This document shows, piece after piece, positions 11,369-26,400 of a DNA stretch of 64,000 nt. The DNA lies in contig JANHCV010000007.1 of the NCBI GenBank assembly GCA_025594325.1, positions 1 to 64,000 of the forward strand, read 5' to 3'. Position numbers and translations under genes: made by a program. Each line of letters starts with the position of its first letter. Position 1 is the stretch's first letter. This stretch comes from Blastocladiella emersonii ATCC 22665. Lineage: Eukaryota; Fungi; Blastocladiomycota. Under the pieces are notes generated by a model. The model searched no databases, was not told where the DNA came from, and saw only the letters and a program-made list of their open reading frames with translations.

Positions 11369-14300
11369 CACAAGCACCAAGCTAGGGTGGCCGGGCGGCC
11401 ATGGAACGTACTGCATGGGTACCATTACCGTGGACTGGCCGCGGCCATTAATCGCAGCACAGCCCTGCCTGGCTCAGGACGCGGCGGGCGTGGGAGGCGG
11501 GTTGGGTAGATAGGTAGCAGCAGCAGCACCTGGCTAGCTGGCTGTCAAACAACACGAGTGAAGGGGTGCGTGAGGGAGGGTGTGTTGAATGAATGGATGG
11601 GTGGATGCAAGCAGACCTTCATACGTGTCGTGCGTGATGAGGATTGGTTGGCCACCATCCACCAACGCCATGGCATGGCTGCGGGTGTCGCTGCGTGCGC
11701 CTTGGCGGGTGGTGTTGGTGGGTGGTGTTGGTGGTGGGTGCTGTGGTGGTAGTGGAGCTAAAGTGGTGTCGTGGGGCTCTTGGGGTCCCCTTTCCTTCCT
11801 GTCTGGCCTAGGTGGGTGGGTGGGTGGGTGGGCGGACGTAGCGCGCATGCGGGCGGGCAAGGTAGGAACGTTGCTCACGCAATGGATCATGTATTTCATG
11901 GAACGTAGTCTGGACAGCAGCAGAGAGGGGGATGTCCGGCCCAACCGGACCCTCCACGAATCACAATATGCACGCAATGAATTGACCGATGATAGGGCCG
12001 TACCAAACCAGCCACGTAGACAATTGTCATGGTAGTCGAACAAAACCATATTCAAATCTTTGACTACACGCTTGTCCAGCTAGCCAGGGACCCATAAATC
12101 ACAGTATCGACCCAACTAAATATTTGACAACAGAAAAATAGTAAACCAACCTCGTACATAATTGTCATGGTACTCAAACAAAACCATATTCAAAACCTTG
12201 ACTTCCCGCATGTCCAGCTGGCCAGGGACCCACAAATCACAGTATCGAACCAACAAAGTATCTGACAACAGAAATATGGTAAAACAGCCACGCGGATAAT
12301 TGTCATGGTACTCAATCAAAACCATATGTTAATCTTTGCTTTCCTGCATGTCCAGCTGGCCAGGGACCCAAAAGTCCCAGTATCGAACCAACAAAGTATC
12401 TGACAACAGAAATATAGTAAACGATCCACGCAGATCATTGTCGTGGTACTTAATCAAAACCATATTCTAATCTTTGCTTTCCCGCATGTCAAGCTGGTTG
12501 AGGACCCATAAATCGTAAAGTCGAACCAAAAAAATATCTGGCCATAGAAATATAGTAGACCAGCCACTCTGGCAATTGTCATGGTACTCAAACAAAACCA
12601 TATTCAAATCTTTGACCTCCCGCATGCCCATGTGGGCAAGGACCTATAGATCAGAGTATCGTACCAAGAAAATATCTGACCATGGAAATATAGTATACCA
12701 GCCACGTAGGTAATTGTCATGGCACTCAAACGAAACCATAGTCAAGTCTTTGACTATTCACATGTCCAGCTGGTTGAGGACCCATAAATCGTAACGTCAA
12801 AGCAACAATATTTCCGACCATGGAAGTATAGTAAACCAGCCACTCTGGCAATTGTCATGGTACTCAAACAAAACCATACTCAACTCTATGACTTCCCACA
12901 TGTCCAGCAGGTTGGACACCCACAAATCACAGTATCAAACCAACAAAATATCTGACCACAGGAGTATATATAACCGACCACGTAGGTAATTGTCTTGATA
13001 CTCAAACAAAACCATATTCAAATCTTTCACCTCCCGCTTGTCCAGCTAGCCAGGGACCCATAAATCACAGTATCACAGCAACACAATATCTGACCAAAGA
13101 AATATCGTAAACCAGCCACGTAGATAATTGTCATGGTACTCAAACAAAACCATACTCAAATCTTCGAGCGCCCCATGTCCAGGTGGGCAAGGGCCTATAA
13201 ATCACAGTATTGAACCAAGGAAATACCTGACTGACGATCGGGATGTATCAAACCTGCCACGCTGATAATTGTCATGGTACTCAAACATAACCATACTCAG
13301 CCAAATCTTCGCATACCCTCACGTCCAGGTGGGCAAGGAACCAAAGCGCCAGATATTCAAATCTACCGCTTTGTGCACACTCCACTAGCCAACTCTTCGA
13401 TCCCCTAATTATGGAGCCCGTCGTCAAAGTACACGGTCCAATCAACCAAGTAAACAGCCAACCTGCCAACTTGCCTACCTGCTATCCGAACACCCACACC
13501 GCCTTGCAAGTCATTGGGGGCCCGCGCTCTCTGGTTGCCGTCCCGGCCAACAAAGGAAGGAATGATGAGCCCTGGCAGCCTGGCAGCCTGCCACTCTGAC
13601 AGCTCGACTGACAGCGCCCACCCAGTAGATATTATCTATCTCGTAGGTAGTCTGCGAGGACTTTGTTAGTCAATACACGACCAGTCTCCTCCTGGCTGCC
13701 GGCTCTGCTGTCCACTCCAAGTCCTGCATGATGATGGGCCATGGAGGGTTCAGAGCAGCTCCTCTGTCTATCCGCGTGAAACCACTCACCCGCTGACGGA
13801 TGTACACCGCGCACCGTGCAGCGCGCACAGCACACAGCGCCCGACGCACCACGCGGTGCGCACAAGGCGCAAACGGCCACCCTGGTGTCACACACACTCG
13901 CATGAACGGCAGGCATGCAAGGCGTCCCCAACTCAACAATGATTTATCATCCAGGCTTACTACTCGCTCCAACGGGTGCGCCTGCCTGCCCTCCCAGTGC
14001 CGTTGATTGATTGATGGATGGGTGCGCCAGCCCCTATTGCCAGCCAAGTGGCAAGCAACACCACAGCACCTGCGTCGCCCTGGCCACCGTACCTTGCAAA
14101 CTGCGTAGCAGCCGTACTGCTTCACAGGGCTGCAGAGGGCTGGCTGCGGAGGGCTGAGGCGGCAGGGCTCCTCCTGCAGGAAGGAGACAGTGCTGGCGCC
14201 AAGGAGTGCTAGGGACGACAAACTGAATGGTGAATGACCCACACACCACATGCTCCTGGCAGGAGTGCGTGTGGGCGTGCGGGCTTGTGTCCGTGCGTGC

Positions 14301-17300
14301 CTGTGTCCGTGCGTGCCTGGATTAGACCTCCATCACAAGCGCCAAGTGACCAAGTGACCAAGTGACCAAGTGACCAAGTGACCAAGTGACCAAGGTGACC
14401 AAGTGACCAAGGTGACACACAAGCACCAAGCTAGGGTGGCCGGGCGGCCATGGAACGTACTGCATGGGTACCATTACCGTGGACTGGCCGCGGCCATTAA
14501 TCGCAGCACAGCCCTGCCTGGCTCAGGACGCGGCGGGCGTGGGAGGCGGGTTGGGTAGATAGGTAGCAGCAGCAGCACCTGGCTAGCTGGCTGTCAAACA
14601 ACACGAGTGAAGGGGTGCGTGAGGGAGGGTGTGTTGAATGAATGGATGGGTGGATGCAAGCAGACCTTCATACGTGTCGTGCGTGATGAGGATTGGTTGG
14701 CCACCATCCACCAACGCCATGGCATGGCTGCGGGTGTCGCTGCGTGCGCCTTGGCGGGTGGTGTTGGTGGGTGGTGTTGGTGGTGGGTGCTGTGGTGGTA
14801 GTGGAGCTAAAGTGGTGTCGTGGGGCTCTTGGGGTCCCCTTTCCTTCCTGTCTGGCCTAGGTGGGTGGGTGGGTGGGTGGGCGGACGTAGCGCGCATGCG
14901 GGCGGGCAAGGTAGGAACGTTGCTCACGCAATGGATCATGTATTTCATGGAACGTAGTCTGGACAGCAGCAGAGAGGGGGATGTCCGGCCCAACCGGACC
15001 CTCCACGAATCACAATATGCACGCAATGAATTGACCGATGATAGGGCCGTACCAAACCAGCCACGTAGACAATTGTCATGGTAGTCGAACAAAACCATAT
15101 TCAAATCTTTGACTACACGCTTGTCCAGCTAGCCAGGGACCCATAAATCACAGTATCGACCCAACTAAATATTTGACAACAGAAAAATAGTAAACCAACC
15201 TCGTACATAATTGTCATGGTACTCAAACAAAACCATATTCAAAACCTTGACTTCCCGCATGTCCAGCTGGCCAGGGACCCACAAATCACAGTATCGAACC
15301 AACAAAGTATCTGACAACAGAAATATGGTAAAACAGCCACGCGGATAATTGTCATGGTACTCAATCAAAACCATATGTTAATCTTTGCTTTCCTGCATGT
15401 CCAGCTGGCCAGGGACCCAAAAGTCCCAGTATCGAACCAACAAAGTATCTGACAACAGAAATATAGTAAACGATCCACGCAGATCATTGTCGTGGTACTT
15501 AATCAAAACCATATTCTAATCTTTGCTTTCCCGCATGTCAAGCTGGTTGAGGACCCATAAATCGTAAAGTCGAACCAAAAAAATATCTGGCCATAGAAAT
15601 ATAGTAGACCAGCCACTCTGGCAATTGTCATGGTACTCAAACAAAACCATATTCAAATCTTTGACCTCCCGCATGCCCATGTGGGCAAGGACCTATAGAT
15701 CAGAGTATCGTACCAAGAAAATATCTGACCATGGAAATATAGTATACCAGCCACGTAGGTAATTGTCATGGCACTCAAACGAAACCATAGTCAAGTCTTT
15801 GACTATTCACATGTCCAGCTGGTTGAGGACCCATAAATCGTAACGTCAAAGCAACAATATTTCCGACCATGGAAGTATAGTAAACCAGCCACTCTGGCAA
15901 TTGTCATGGTACTCAAACAAAACCATACTCAACTCTATGACTTCCCACATGTCCAGCAGGTTGGACACCCACAAATCACAGTATCAAACCAACAAAATAT
16001 CTGACCACAGGAGTATATATAACCGACCACGTAGGTAATTGTCTTGATACTCAAACAAAACCATATTCAAATCTTTCACCTCCCGCTTGTCCAGCTAGCC
16101 AGGGACCCATAAATCACAGTATCACAGCAACACAATATCTGACCAAAGAAATATCGTAAACCAGCCACGTAGATAATTGTCATGGTACTCAAACAAAACC
16201 ATACTCAAATCTTCGAGCGCCCCATGTCCAGGTGGGCAAGGGCCTATAAATCACAGTATTGAACCAAGGAAATACCTGACTGACGATCGGGATGTATCAA
16301 ACCTGCCACGCTGATAATTGTCATGGTACTCAAACATAACCATACTCAGCCAAATCTTCGCATACCCTCACGTCCAGGTGGGCAAGGAACCAAAGCGCCA
16401 GATATTCAAATCTACCGCTTTGTGCACACTCCACTAGCCAACTCTTCGATCCCCTAATTATGGAGCCCGTCGTCAAAGTACACGGTCCAATCAACCAAGT
16501 AAACAGCCAACCTGCCAACTTGCCTACCTGCTATCCGAACACCCACACCGCCTTGCAAGTCATTGGGGGCCCGCGCTCTCTGGTTGCCGTCCCGGCCAAC
16601 AAAGGAAGGAATGATGAGCCCTGGCAGCCTGGCAGCCTGCCACTCTGACAGCTCGACTGACAGCGCCCACCCAGTAGATATTATCTATCTCGTAGGTAGT
16701 CTGCGAGGACTTTGTTAGTCAATACACGACCAGTCTCCTCCTGGCTGCCGGCTCTGCTGTCCACTCCAAGTCCTGCATGATGATGGGCCATGGAGGGTTC
16801 AGAGCAGCTCCTCTGTCTATCCGCGTGAAACCACTCACCCGCTGACGGATGTACACCGCGCACCGTGCAGCGCGCACAGCACACAGCGCCCGACGCACCA
16901 CGCGGTGCGCACAAGGCGCAAACGGCCACCCTGGTGTCACACACACTCGCATGAACGGCAGGCATGCAAGGCGTCCCCAACTCAACAATGATTTATCATC
17001 CAGGCTTACTACTCGCTCCAACGGGTGCGCCTGCCTGCCCTCCCAGTGCCGTTGATTGATTGATGGATGGGTGCGCCAGCCCCTATTGCCAGCCAAGTGG
17101 CAAGCAACACCACAGCACCTGCGTCGCCCTGGCCACCGTACCTTGCAAACTGCGTAGCAGCCGTACTGCTTCACAGGGCTGCAGAGGGCTGGCTGCGGAG
17201 GGCTGAGGCGGCAGGGCTCCTCCTGCAGGAAGGAGACAGTGCTGGCGCCAAGGAGTGCTAGGGACGACAAACTGAATGGTGAATGACCCACACACCACAT

Positions 17301-17466
17301 GCTCCTGGCAGGAGTGCGTGTGGGCGTGCGGGCTTGTGTCCGTGCGTGCCTGTGTCCGTGCGTGCCTGGATTAGACCTCCATCACAAGCGCCAAGTGACC
17401 AAGTGACCAAGTGACCAAGTGACCAAGTGACCAAGTGACCAAGGTGACCAAGTGACCAAGGTGACA
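11369..17466. repeat. Units 5-6, long type (2 x 3049 bp)
   Basis: Full monomer sets, ORF spacing 3049 twice. Confidence 0.92.
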
Positions 17467-20400
17467 CACAAGCACCAAGCTAGGGTGGCCGGGCGGCCAT
17501 GGAACGTACTGCATGGGTACCATTACCGTGGACTGGCCGCGGCCATTAATCGCAGCACAGCCCTGCCTGGCTCAGGACGCGGCGGGCGTGGGAGGCGGGT
17601 TGGGTAGATAGGTAGCAGCAGCAGCACCTGGCTAGCTGGCTGTCAAACAACACGAGTGAAGGGGTGCGTGAGGGAGGGTGTGTTGAATGAATGGATGGGT
17701 GGATGCAAGCAGACCTTCATACGTGTCGTGCGTGATGAGGATTGGTTGGCCACCATCCACCAACGCCATGGCATGGCTGCGGGTGTCGCTGCGTGCGCCT
17801 TGGCGGGTGGTGTTGGTGGGTGGTGTTGGTGGTGGGTGCTGTGGTGGTAGTGGAGCTAAAGTGGTGTCGTGGGGCTCTTGGGGTCCCCTTTCCTTCCTGT
17901 CTGGCCTAGGTGGGTGGGTGGGTGGGTGGGCGGACGTAGCGCGCATGCGGGCGGGCAAGGTAGGAACGTTGCTCACGCAATGGATCATGTATTTCATGGA
18001 ACGTAGTCTGGACAGCAGCAGAGAGGGGGATGTCCGGCCCAACCGGACCCTCCACGAATCACAATATGCACGCAATGAATTGACCGATGATAGGGCCGTA
18101 CCAAACCAGCCACGTAGACAATTGTCATGGTAGTCGAACAAAACCATATTCAAATCTTTGACTACACGCTTGTCCAGCTAGCCAGGGACCCATAAATCAC
18201 AGTATCGACCCAACTAAATATTTGACAACAGAAAAATAGTAAACCAACCTCGTACATAATTGTCATGGTACTCAAACAAAACCATATTCAAAACCTTGAC
18301 TTCCCGCATGTCCAGCTGGCCAGGGACCCACAAATCACAGTATCGAACCAACAAAGTATCTGACAACAGAAATATGGTAAAACAGCCACGCGGATAATTG
18401 TCATGGTACTCAAACGAAACCATAGTCAAGTCTTTGACTATTCACATGTCCAGCTGGTTGAGGACCCATAAATCGTAACGTCAAAGCAACAATATTTCCG
18501 ACCATGGAAGTATAGTAAACCAGCCACTCTGGCAATTGTCATGGTACTCAAACAAAACCATACTCAACTCTATGACTTCCCACATGTCCAGCAGGTTGGA
18601 CACCCACAAATCACAGTATCAAACCAACAAAATATCTGACCACAGGAGTATATATAACCGACCACGTAGGTAATTGTCTTGATACTCAAACAAAACCATA
18701 TTCAAATCTTTCACTTCCCGCTTGTCCAGCTAGCCAGGGACCCATGAATCACAGTATCACAGCAACACAATATCTGACCAAAGAAATATCGTAAACCAGC
18801 CACGTAGATAATTGTCATGGTACTCAAACAAAACCATACTCAAATCTTCGAGCGCCCCATGTCCAGGTGGGCAAGGGCCTATAAATCACAGTATTGAACC
18901 AAGGAAATACCTGACTGACGATCGGGATGTATCAAACCTGCCACGCTGATAATTGTCATGGTACTCAAACATAACCATACTCAGCCAAATCTTCGCATAC
19001 CCTCACGTCCAGGTGGGCAAGGAACCAAAGCGCCAGATATTCAAATCTACCGCTTTGTGCACACTCCACTAGCCAACTCTTCGATCCCCTAATTATGGAG
19101 CCCGTCGTCAAAGTACACGGTCCAATCAACCAAGTAAACAGCCAACCTGCCAACTTGCCTACCTGCTATCCGAACACCCACACCGCCTTGCAAGTCATTG
19201 GGGGCCCGCGCTCTCTGGTTGCCGTCCCGGCCAACAAAGGAAGGAATGATGAGCCCTGGCAGCCTGGCAGCCTGCCACTCTGACAGCTCGACTGACAGCG
19301 CCCACCCAGTAGATATTATCTATCTCGTAGGTAGTCTGCGAGGACTTTGTTAGTCAATACACGACCAGTCTCCTCCTGGCTGCCGGCTCTGCTGTCCACT
19401 CCAAGTCCTGCATGATGATGGGCCATGGAGGGTTCAGAGCAGCTCCTCTGTCTATCCGCGTGAAACCACTCACCCGCTGACGGATGTACACCGCGCACCG
19501 TGCAGCGCGCACAGCACACAGCGCCCGACGCACCACGCGGTGCGCACAAGGCGCAAACGGCCACCCTGGTGTCACACACACTCGCATGAACGGCAGGCAT
19601 GCAAGGCGTCCCCAACTCAACAATGATTTATCATCCAGGCTTACTACTCGCTCCAACGGGTGCGCCTGCCTGCCCTCCCAGTGCCGTTGATTGATTGATG
19701 GATGGGTGCGCCAGCCCCTATTGCCAGCCAAGTGGCAAGCAACACCACAGCACCTGCGTCGCCCTGGCCACCGTACCTTGCAAACTGCGTAGCAGCCGTA
19801 CTGCTTCACAGGGCTGCAGAGGGCTGGCTGCGGAGGGCTGAGGCGGCAGGGCTCCTCCTGCAGGAAGGAGACAGTGCTGGCGCCAAGGAGTGCTAGGGAC
19901 GACAAACTGAATGGTGAATGACCCACACACCACATGCTCCTGGCAGGAGTGCGTGTGGGCGTGCGGGCTTGTGTCCGTGCGTGCCTGTGTCCGTGCGTGC
20001 CTGGATTAGACCTCCATCACAAGCGCCAAGTGACCAAGTGACCAAGTGACCAAGTGACCAAGTGACCAAGTGACCAAGGTGACCAAGTGACCAAGGTGAC
20101 ACACAAGCACCAAGCTAGGGTGGCCGGGCGGCCATGGAACGTACTGCATGGGTACCATTACCGTGGACTGGCCGCGGCCATTAATCGCAGCACAGCCCTG
20201 CCTGGCTCAGGACGCGGCGGGCGTGGGAGGCGGGTTGGGTAGATAGGTAGCAGCAGCAGCACCTGGCTAGCTGGCTGTCAAACAACACGAGTGAAGGGGT
20301 GCGTGAGGGAGGGTGTGTTGAATGAATGGATGGGTGGATGCAAGCAGACCTTCATACGTGTCGTGCGTGATGAGGATTGGTTGGCCACCATCCACCAACG

Positions 20401-23400
20401 CCATGGCATGGCTGCGGGTGTCGCTGCGTGCGCCTTGGCGGGTGGTGTTGGTGGGTGGTGTTGGTGGTGGGTGCTGTGGTGGTAGTGGAGCTAAAGTGGT
20501 GTCGTGGGGCTCTTGGGGTCCCCTTTCCTTCCTGTCTGGCCTAGGTGGGTGGGTGGGTGGGTGGGCGGACGTAGCGCGCATGCGGGCGGGCAAGGTAGGA
20601 ACGTTGCTCACGCAATGGATCATGTATTTCATGGAACGTAGTCTGGACAGCAGCAGAGAGGGGGATGTCCGGCCCAACCGGACCCTCCACGAATCACAAT
20701 ATGCACGCAATGAATTGACCGATGATAGGGCCGTACCAAACCAGCCACGTAGACAATTGTCATGGTAGTCGAACAAAACCATATTCAAATCTTTGACTAC
20801 ACGCTTGTCCAGCTAGCCAGGGACCCATAAATCACAGTATCGACCCAACTAAATATTTGACAACAGAAAAATAGTAAACCAACCTCGTACATAATTGTCA
20901 TGGTACTCAAACAAAACCATATTCAAAACCTTGACTTCCCGCATGTCCAGCTGGCCAGGGACCCACAAATCACAGTATCGAACCAACAAAGTATCTGACA
21001 ACAGAAATATGGTAAAACAGCCACGCGGATAATTGTCATGGTACTCAAACGAAACCATAGTCAAGTCTTTGACTATTCACATGTCCAGCTGGTTGAGGAC
21101 CCATAAATCGTAACGTCAAAGCAACAATATTTCCGACCATGGAAGTATAGTAAACCAGCCACTCTGGCAATTGTCATGGTACTCAAACAAAACCATACTC
21201 AACTCTATGACTTCCCACATGTCCAGCAGGTTGGACACCCACAAATCACAGTATCAAACCAACAAAATATCTGACCACAGGAGTATATATAACCGACCAC
21301 GTAGGTAATTGTCTTGATACTCAAACAAAACCATATTCAAATCTTTCACTTCCCGCTTGTCCAGCTAGCCAGGGACCCATGAATCACAGTATCACAGCAA
21401 CACAATATCTGACCAAAGAAATATCGTAAACCAGCCACGTAGATAATTGTCATGGTACTCAAACAAAACCATACTCAAATCTTCGAGCGCCCCATGTCCA
21501 GGTGGGCAAGGGCCTATAAATCACAGTATTGAACCAAGGAAATACCTGACTGACGATCGGGATGTATCAAACCTGCCACGCTGATAATTGTCATGGTACT
21601 CAAACATAACCATACTCAGCCAAATCTTCGCATACCCTCACGTCCAGGTGGGCAAGGAACCAAAGCGCCAGATATTCAAATCTACCGCTTTGTGCACACT
21701 CCACTAGCCAACTCTTCGATCCCCTAATTATGGAGCCCGTCGTCAAAGTACACGGTCCAATCAACCAAGTAAACAGCCAACCTGCCAACTTGCCTACCTG
21801 CTATCCGAACACCCACACCGCCTTGCAAGTCATTGGGGGCCCGCGCTCTCTGGTTGCCGTCCCGGCCAACAAAGGAAGGAATGATGAGCCCTGGCAGCCT
21901 GGCAGCCTGCCACTCTGACAGCTCGACTGACAGCGCCCACCCAGTAGATATTATCTATCTCGTAGGTAGTCTGCGAGGACTTTGTTAGTCAATACACGAC
22001 CAGTCTCCTCCTGGCTGCCGGCTCTGCTGTCCACTCCAAGTCCTGCATGATGATGGGCCATGGAGGGTTCAGAGCAGCTCCTCTGTCTATCCGCGTGAAA
22101 CCACTCACCCGCTGACGGATGTACACCGCGCACCGTGCAGCGCGCACAGCACACAGCGCCCGACGCACCACGCGGTGCGCACAAGGCGCAAACGGCCACC
22201 CTGGTGTCACACACACTCGCATGAACGGCAGGCATGCAAGGCGTCCCCAACTCAACAATGATTTATCATCCAGGCTTACTACTCGCTCCAACGGGTGCGC
22301 CTGCCTGCCCTCCCAGTGCCGTTGATTGATTGATGGATGGGTGCGCCAGCCCCTATTGCCAGCCAAGTGGCAAGCAACACCACAGCACCTGCGTCGCCCT
22401 GGCCACCGTACCTTGCAAACTGCGTAGCAGCCGTACTGCTTCACAGGGCTGCAGAGGGCTGGCTGCGGAGGGCTGAGGCGGCAGGGCTCCTCCTGCAGGA
22501 AGGAGACAGTGCTGGCGCCAAGGAGTGCTAGGGACGACAAACTGAATGGTGAATGACCCACACACCACATGCTCCTGGCAGGAGTGCGTGTGGGCGTGCG
22601 GGCTTGTGTCCGTGCGTGCCTGTGTCCGTGCGTGCCTGGATTAGACCTCCATCACAAGCGCCAAGTGACCAAGTGACCAAGTGACCAAGTGACCAAGTGA
22701 CCAAGTGACCAAGGTGACCAAGTGACCAAGGTGACACACAAGCACCAAGCTAGGGTGGCCGGGCGGCCATGGAACGTACTGCATGGGTACCATTACCGTG
22801 GACTGGCCGCGGCCATTAATCGCAGCACAGCCCTGCCTGGCTCAGGACGCGGCGGGCGTGGGAGGCGGGTTGGGTAGATAGGTAGCAGCAGCAGCACCTG
22901 GCTAGCTGGCTGTCAAACAACACGAGTGAAGGGGTGCGTGAGGGAGGGTGTGTTGAATGAATGGATGGGTGGATGCAAGCAGACCTTCATACGTGTCGTG
23001 CGTGATGAGGATTGGTTGGCCACCATCCACCAACGCCATGGCATGGCTGCGGGTGTCGCTGCGTGCGCCTTGGCGGGTGGTGTTGGTGGGTGGTGTTGGT
23101 GGTGGGTGCTGTGGTGGTAGTGGAGCTAAAGTGGTGTCGTGGGGCTCTTGGGGTCCCCTTTCCTTCCTGTCTGGCCTAGGTGGGTGGGTGGGTGGGTGGG
23201 CGGACGTAGCGCGCATGCGGGCGGGCAAGGTAGGAACGTTGCTCACGCAATGGATCATGTATTTCATGGAACGTAGTCTGGACAGCAGCAGAGAGGGGGA
23301 TGTCCGGCCCAACCGGACCCTCCACGAATCACAATATGCACGCAATGAATTGACCGATGATAGGGCCGTACCAAACCAGCCACGTAGACAATTGTCATGG

Positions 23401-26400
23401 TAGTCGAACAAAACCATATTCAAATCTTTGACTACACGCTTGTCCAGCTAGCCAGGGACCCATAAATCACAGTATCGACCCAACTAAATATTTGACAACA
23501 GAAAAATAGTAAACCAACCTCGTACATAATTGTCATGGTACTCAAACAAAACCATATTCAAAACCTTGACTTCCCGCATGTCCAGCTGGCCAGGGACCCA
23601 CAAATCACAGTATCGAACCAACAAAGTATCTGACAACAGAAATATGGTAAAACAGCCACGCGGATAATTGTCATGGTACTCAAACGAAACCATAGTCAAG
23701 TCTTTGACTATTCACATGTCCAGCTGGTTGAGGACCCATAAATCGTAACGTCAAAGCAACAATATTTCCGACCATGGAAGTATAGTAAACCAGCCACTCT
23801 GGCAATTGTCATGGTACTCAAACAAAACCATACTCAACTCTATGACTTCCCACATGTCCAGCAGGTTGGACACCCACAAATCACAGTATCAAACCAACAA
23901 AATATCTGACCACAGGAGTATATATAACCGACCACGTAGGTAATTGTCTTGATACTCAAACAAAACCATATTCAAATCTTTCACTTCCCGCTTGTCCAGC
24001 TAGCCAGGGACCCATGAATCACAGTATCACAGCAACACAATATCTGACCAAAGAAATATCGTAAACCAGCCACGTAGATAATTGTCATGGTACTCAAACA
24101 AAACCATACTCAAATCTTCGAGCGCCCCATGTCCAGGTGGGCAAGGGCCTATAAATCACAGTATTGAACCAAGGAAATACCTGACTGACGATCGGGATGT
24201 ATCAAACCTGCCACGCTGATAATTGTCATGGTACTCAAACATAACCATACTCAGCCAAATCTTCGCATACCCTCACGTCCAGGTGGGCAAGGAACCAAAG
24301 CGCCAGATATTCAAATCTACCGCTTTGTGCACACTCCACTAGCCAACTCTTCGATCCCCTAATTATGGAGCCCGTCGTCAAAGTACACGGTCCAATCAAC
24401 CAAGTAAACAGCCAACCTGCCAACTTGCCTACCTGCTATCCGAACACCCACACCGCCTTGCAAGTCATTGGGGGCCCGCGCTCTCTGGTTGCCGTCCCGG
24501 CCAACAAAGGAAGGAATGATGAGCCCTGGCAGCCTGGCAGCCTGCCACTCTGACAGCTCGACTGACAGCGCCCACCCAGTAGATATTATCTATCTCGTAG
24601 GTAGTCTGCGAGGACTTTGTTAGTCAATACACGACCAGTCTCCTCCTGGCTGCCGGCTCTGCTGTCCACTCCAAGTCCTGCATGATGATGGGCCATGGAG
24701 GGTTCAGAGCAGCTCCTCTGTCTATCCGCGTGAAACCACTCACCCGCTGACGGATGTACACCGCGCACCGTGCAGCGCGCACAGCACACAGCGCCCGACG
24801 CACCACGCGGTGCGCACAAGGCGCAAACGGCCACCCTGGTGTCACACACACTCGCATGAACGGCAGGCATGCAAGGCGTCCCCAACTCAACAATGATTTA
24901 TCATCCAGGCTTACTACTCGCTCCAACGGGTGCGCCTGCCTGCCCTCCCAGTGCCGTTGATTGATTGATGGATGGGTGCGCCAGCCCCTATTGCCAGCCA
25001 AGTGGCAAGCAACACCACAGCACCTGCGTCGCCCTGGCCACCGTACCTTGCAAACTGCGTAGCAGCCGTACTGCTTCACAGGGCTGCAGAGGGCTGGCTG
25101 CGGAGGGCTGAGGCGGCAGGGCTCCTCCTGCAGGAAGGAGACAGTGCTGGCGCCAAGGAGTGCTAGGGACGACAAACTGAATGGTGAATGACCCACACAC
25201 CACATGCTCCTGGCAGGAGTGCGTGTGGGCGTGCGGGCTTGTGTCCGTGCGTGCCTGTGTCCGTGCGTGCCTGGATTAGACCTCCATCACAAGCGCCAAG
25301 TGACCAAGTGACCAAGTGACCAAGTGACCAAGTGACCAAGGTGACCAAGTGACCAAGGTGACACACAAGCACCAAGCTAGGGTGGCCGGGCGGCCATGGA
25401 ACGTACTGCATGGGTACCATTACCGTGGACTGGCCGCGGCCATTAATCGCAGCACAGCCCTGCCTGGCTCAGGACGCGGCGGGCGTGGGAGGCGGGTTGG
25501 GTAGATAGGTAGCAGCAGCAGCACCTGGCTAGCTGGCTGTCAAACAACACGAGTGAAGGGGTGCGTGAGGGAGGGTGTGTTGAATGAATGGATGGGTGGA
25601 TGCAAGCAGACCTTCATACGTGTCGTGCGTGATGAGGATTGGTTGGCCACCATCCACCAACGCCATGGCATGGCTGCGGGTGTCGCTGCGTGCGCCTTGG
25701 CGGGTGGTGTTGGTGGGTGGTGTTGGTGGTGGGTGCTGTGGTGGTAGTGGAGCTAAAGTGGTGTCGTGGGGCTCTTGGGGTCCCCTTTCCTTCCTGTCTG
25801 GCCTAGGTGGGTGGGTGGGTGGGTGGGCGGACGTAGCGCGCATGCGGGCGGGCAAGGTAGGAACGTTGCTCACGCAATGGATCATGTATTTCATGGAACG
25901 TAGTCTGGACAGCAGCAGAGAGGGGGATGTCCGGCCCAACCGGACCCTCCACGAATCACAATATGCACGCAATGAATTGACCGATGATAGGGCCGTACCA
26001 AACCAGCCACGTAGACAATTGTCATGGTAGTCGAACAAAACCATATTCAAATCTTTGACTACACGCTTGTCCAGCTAGCCAGGGACCCATAAATCACAGT
26101 ATCGACCCAACTAAATATTTGACAACAGAAAAATAGTAAACCAACCTCGTACATAATTGTCATGGTACTCAAACAAAACCATATTCAAAACCTTGACTTC
26201 CCGCATGTCCAGCTGGCCAGGGACCCACAAATCACAGTATCGAACCAACAAAGTATCTGACAACAGAAATATGGTAAAACAGCCACGCGGATAATTGTCA
26301 TGGTACTCAAACGAAACCATAGTCAAGTCTTTGACTATTCACATGTCCAGCTGGTTGAGGACCCATAAATCGTAACGTCAAAGCAACAATATTTCCGACC

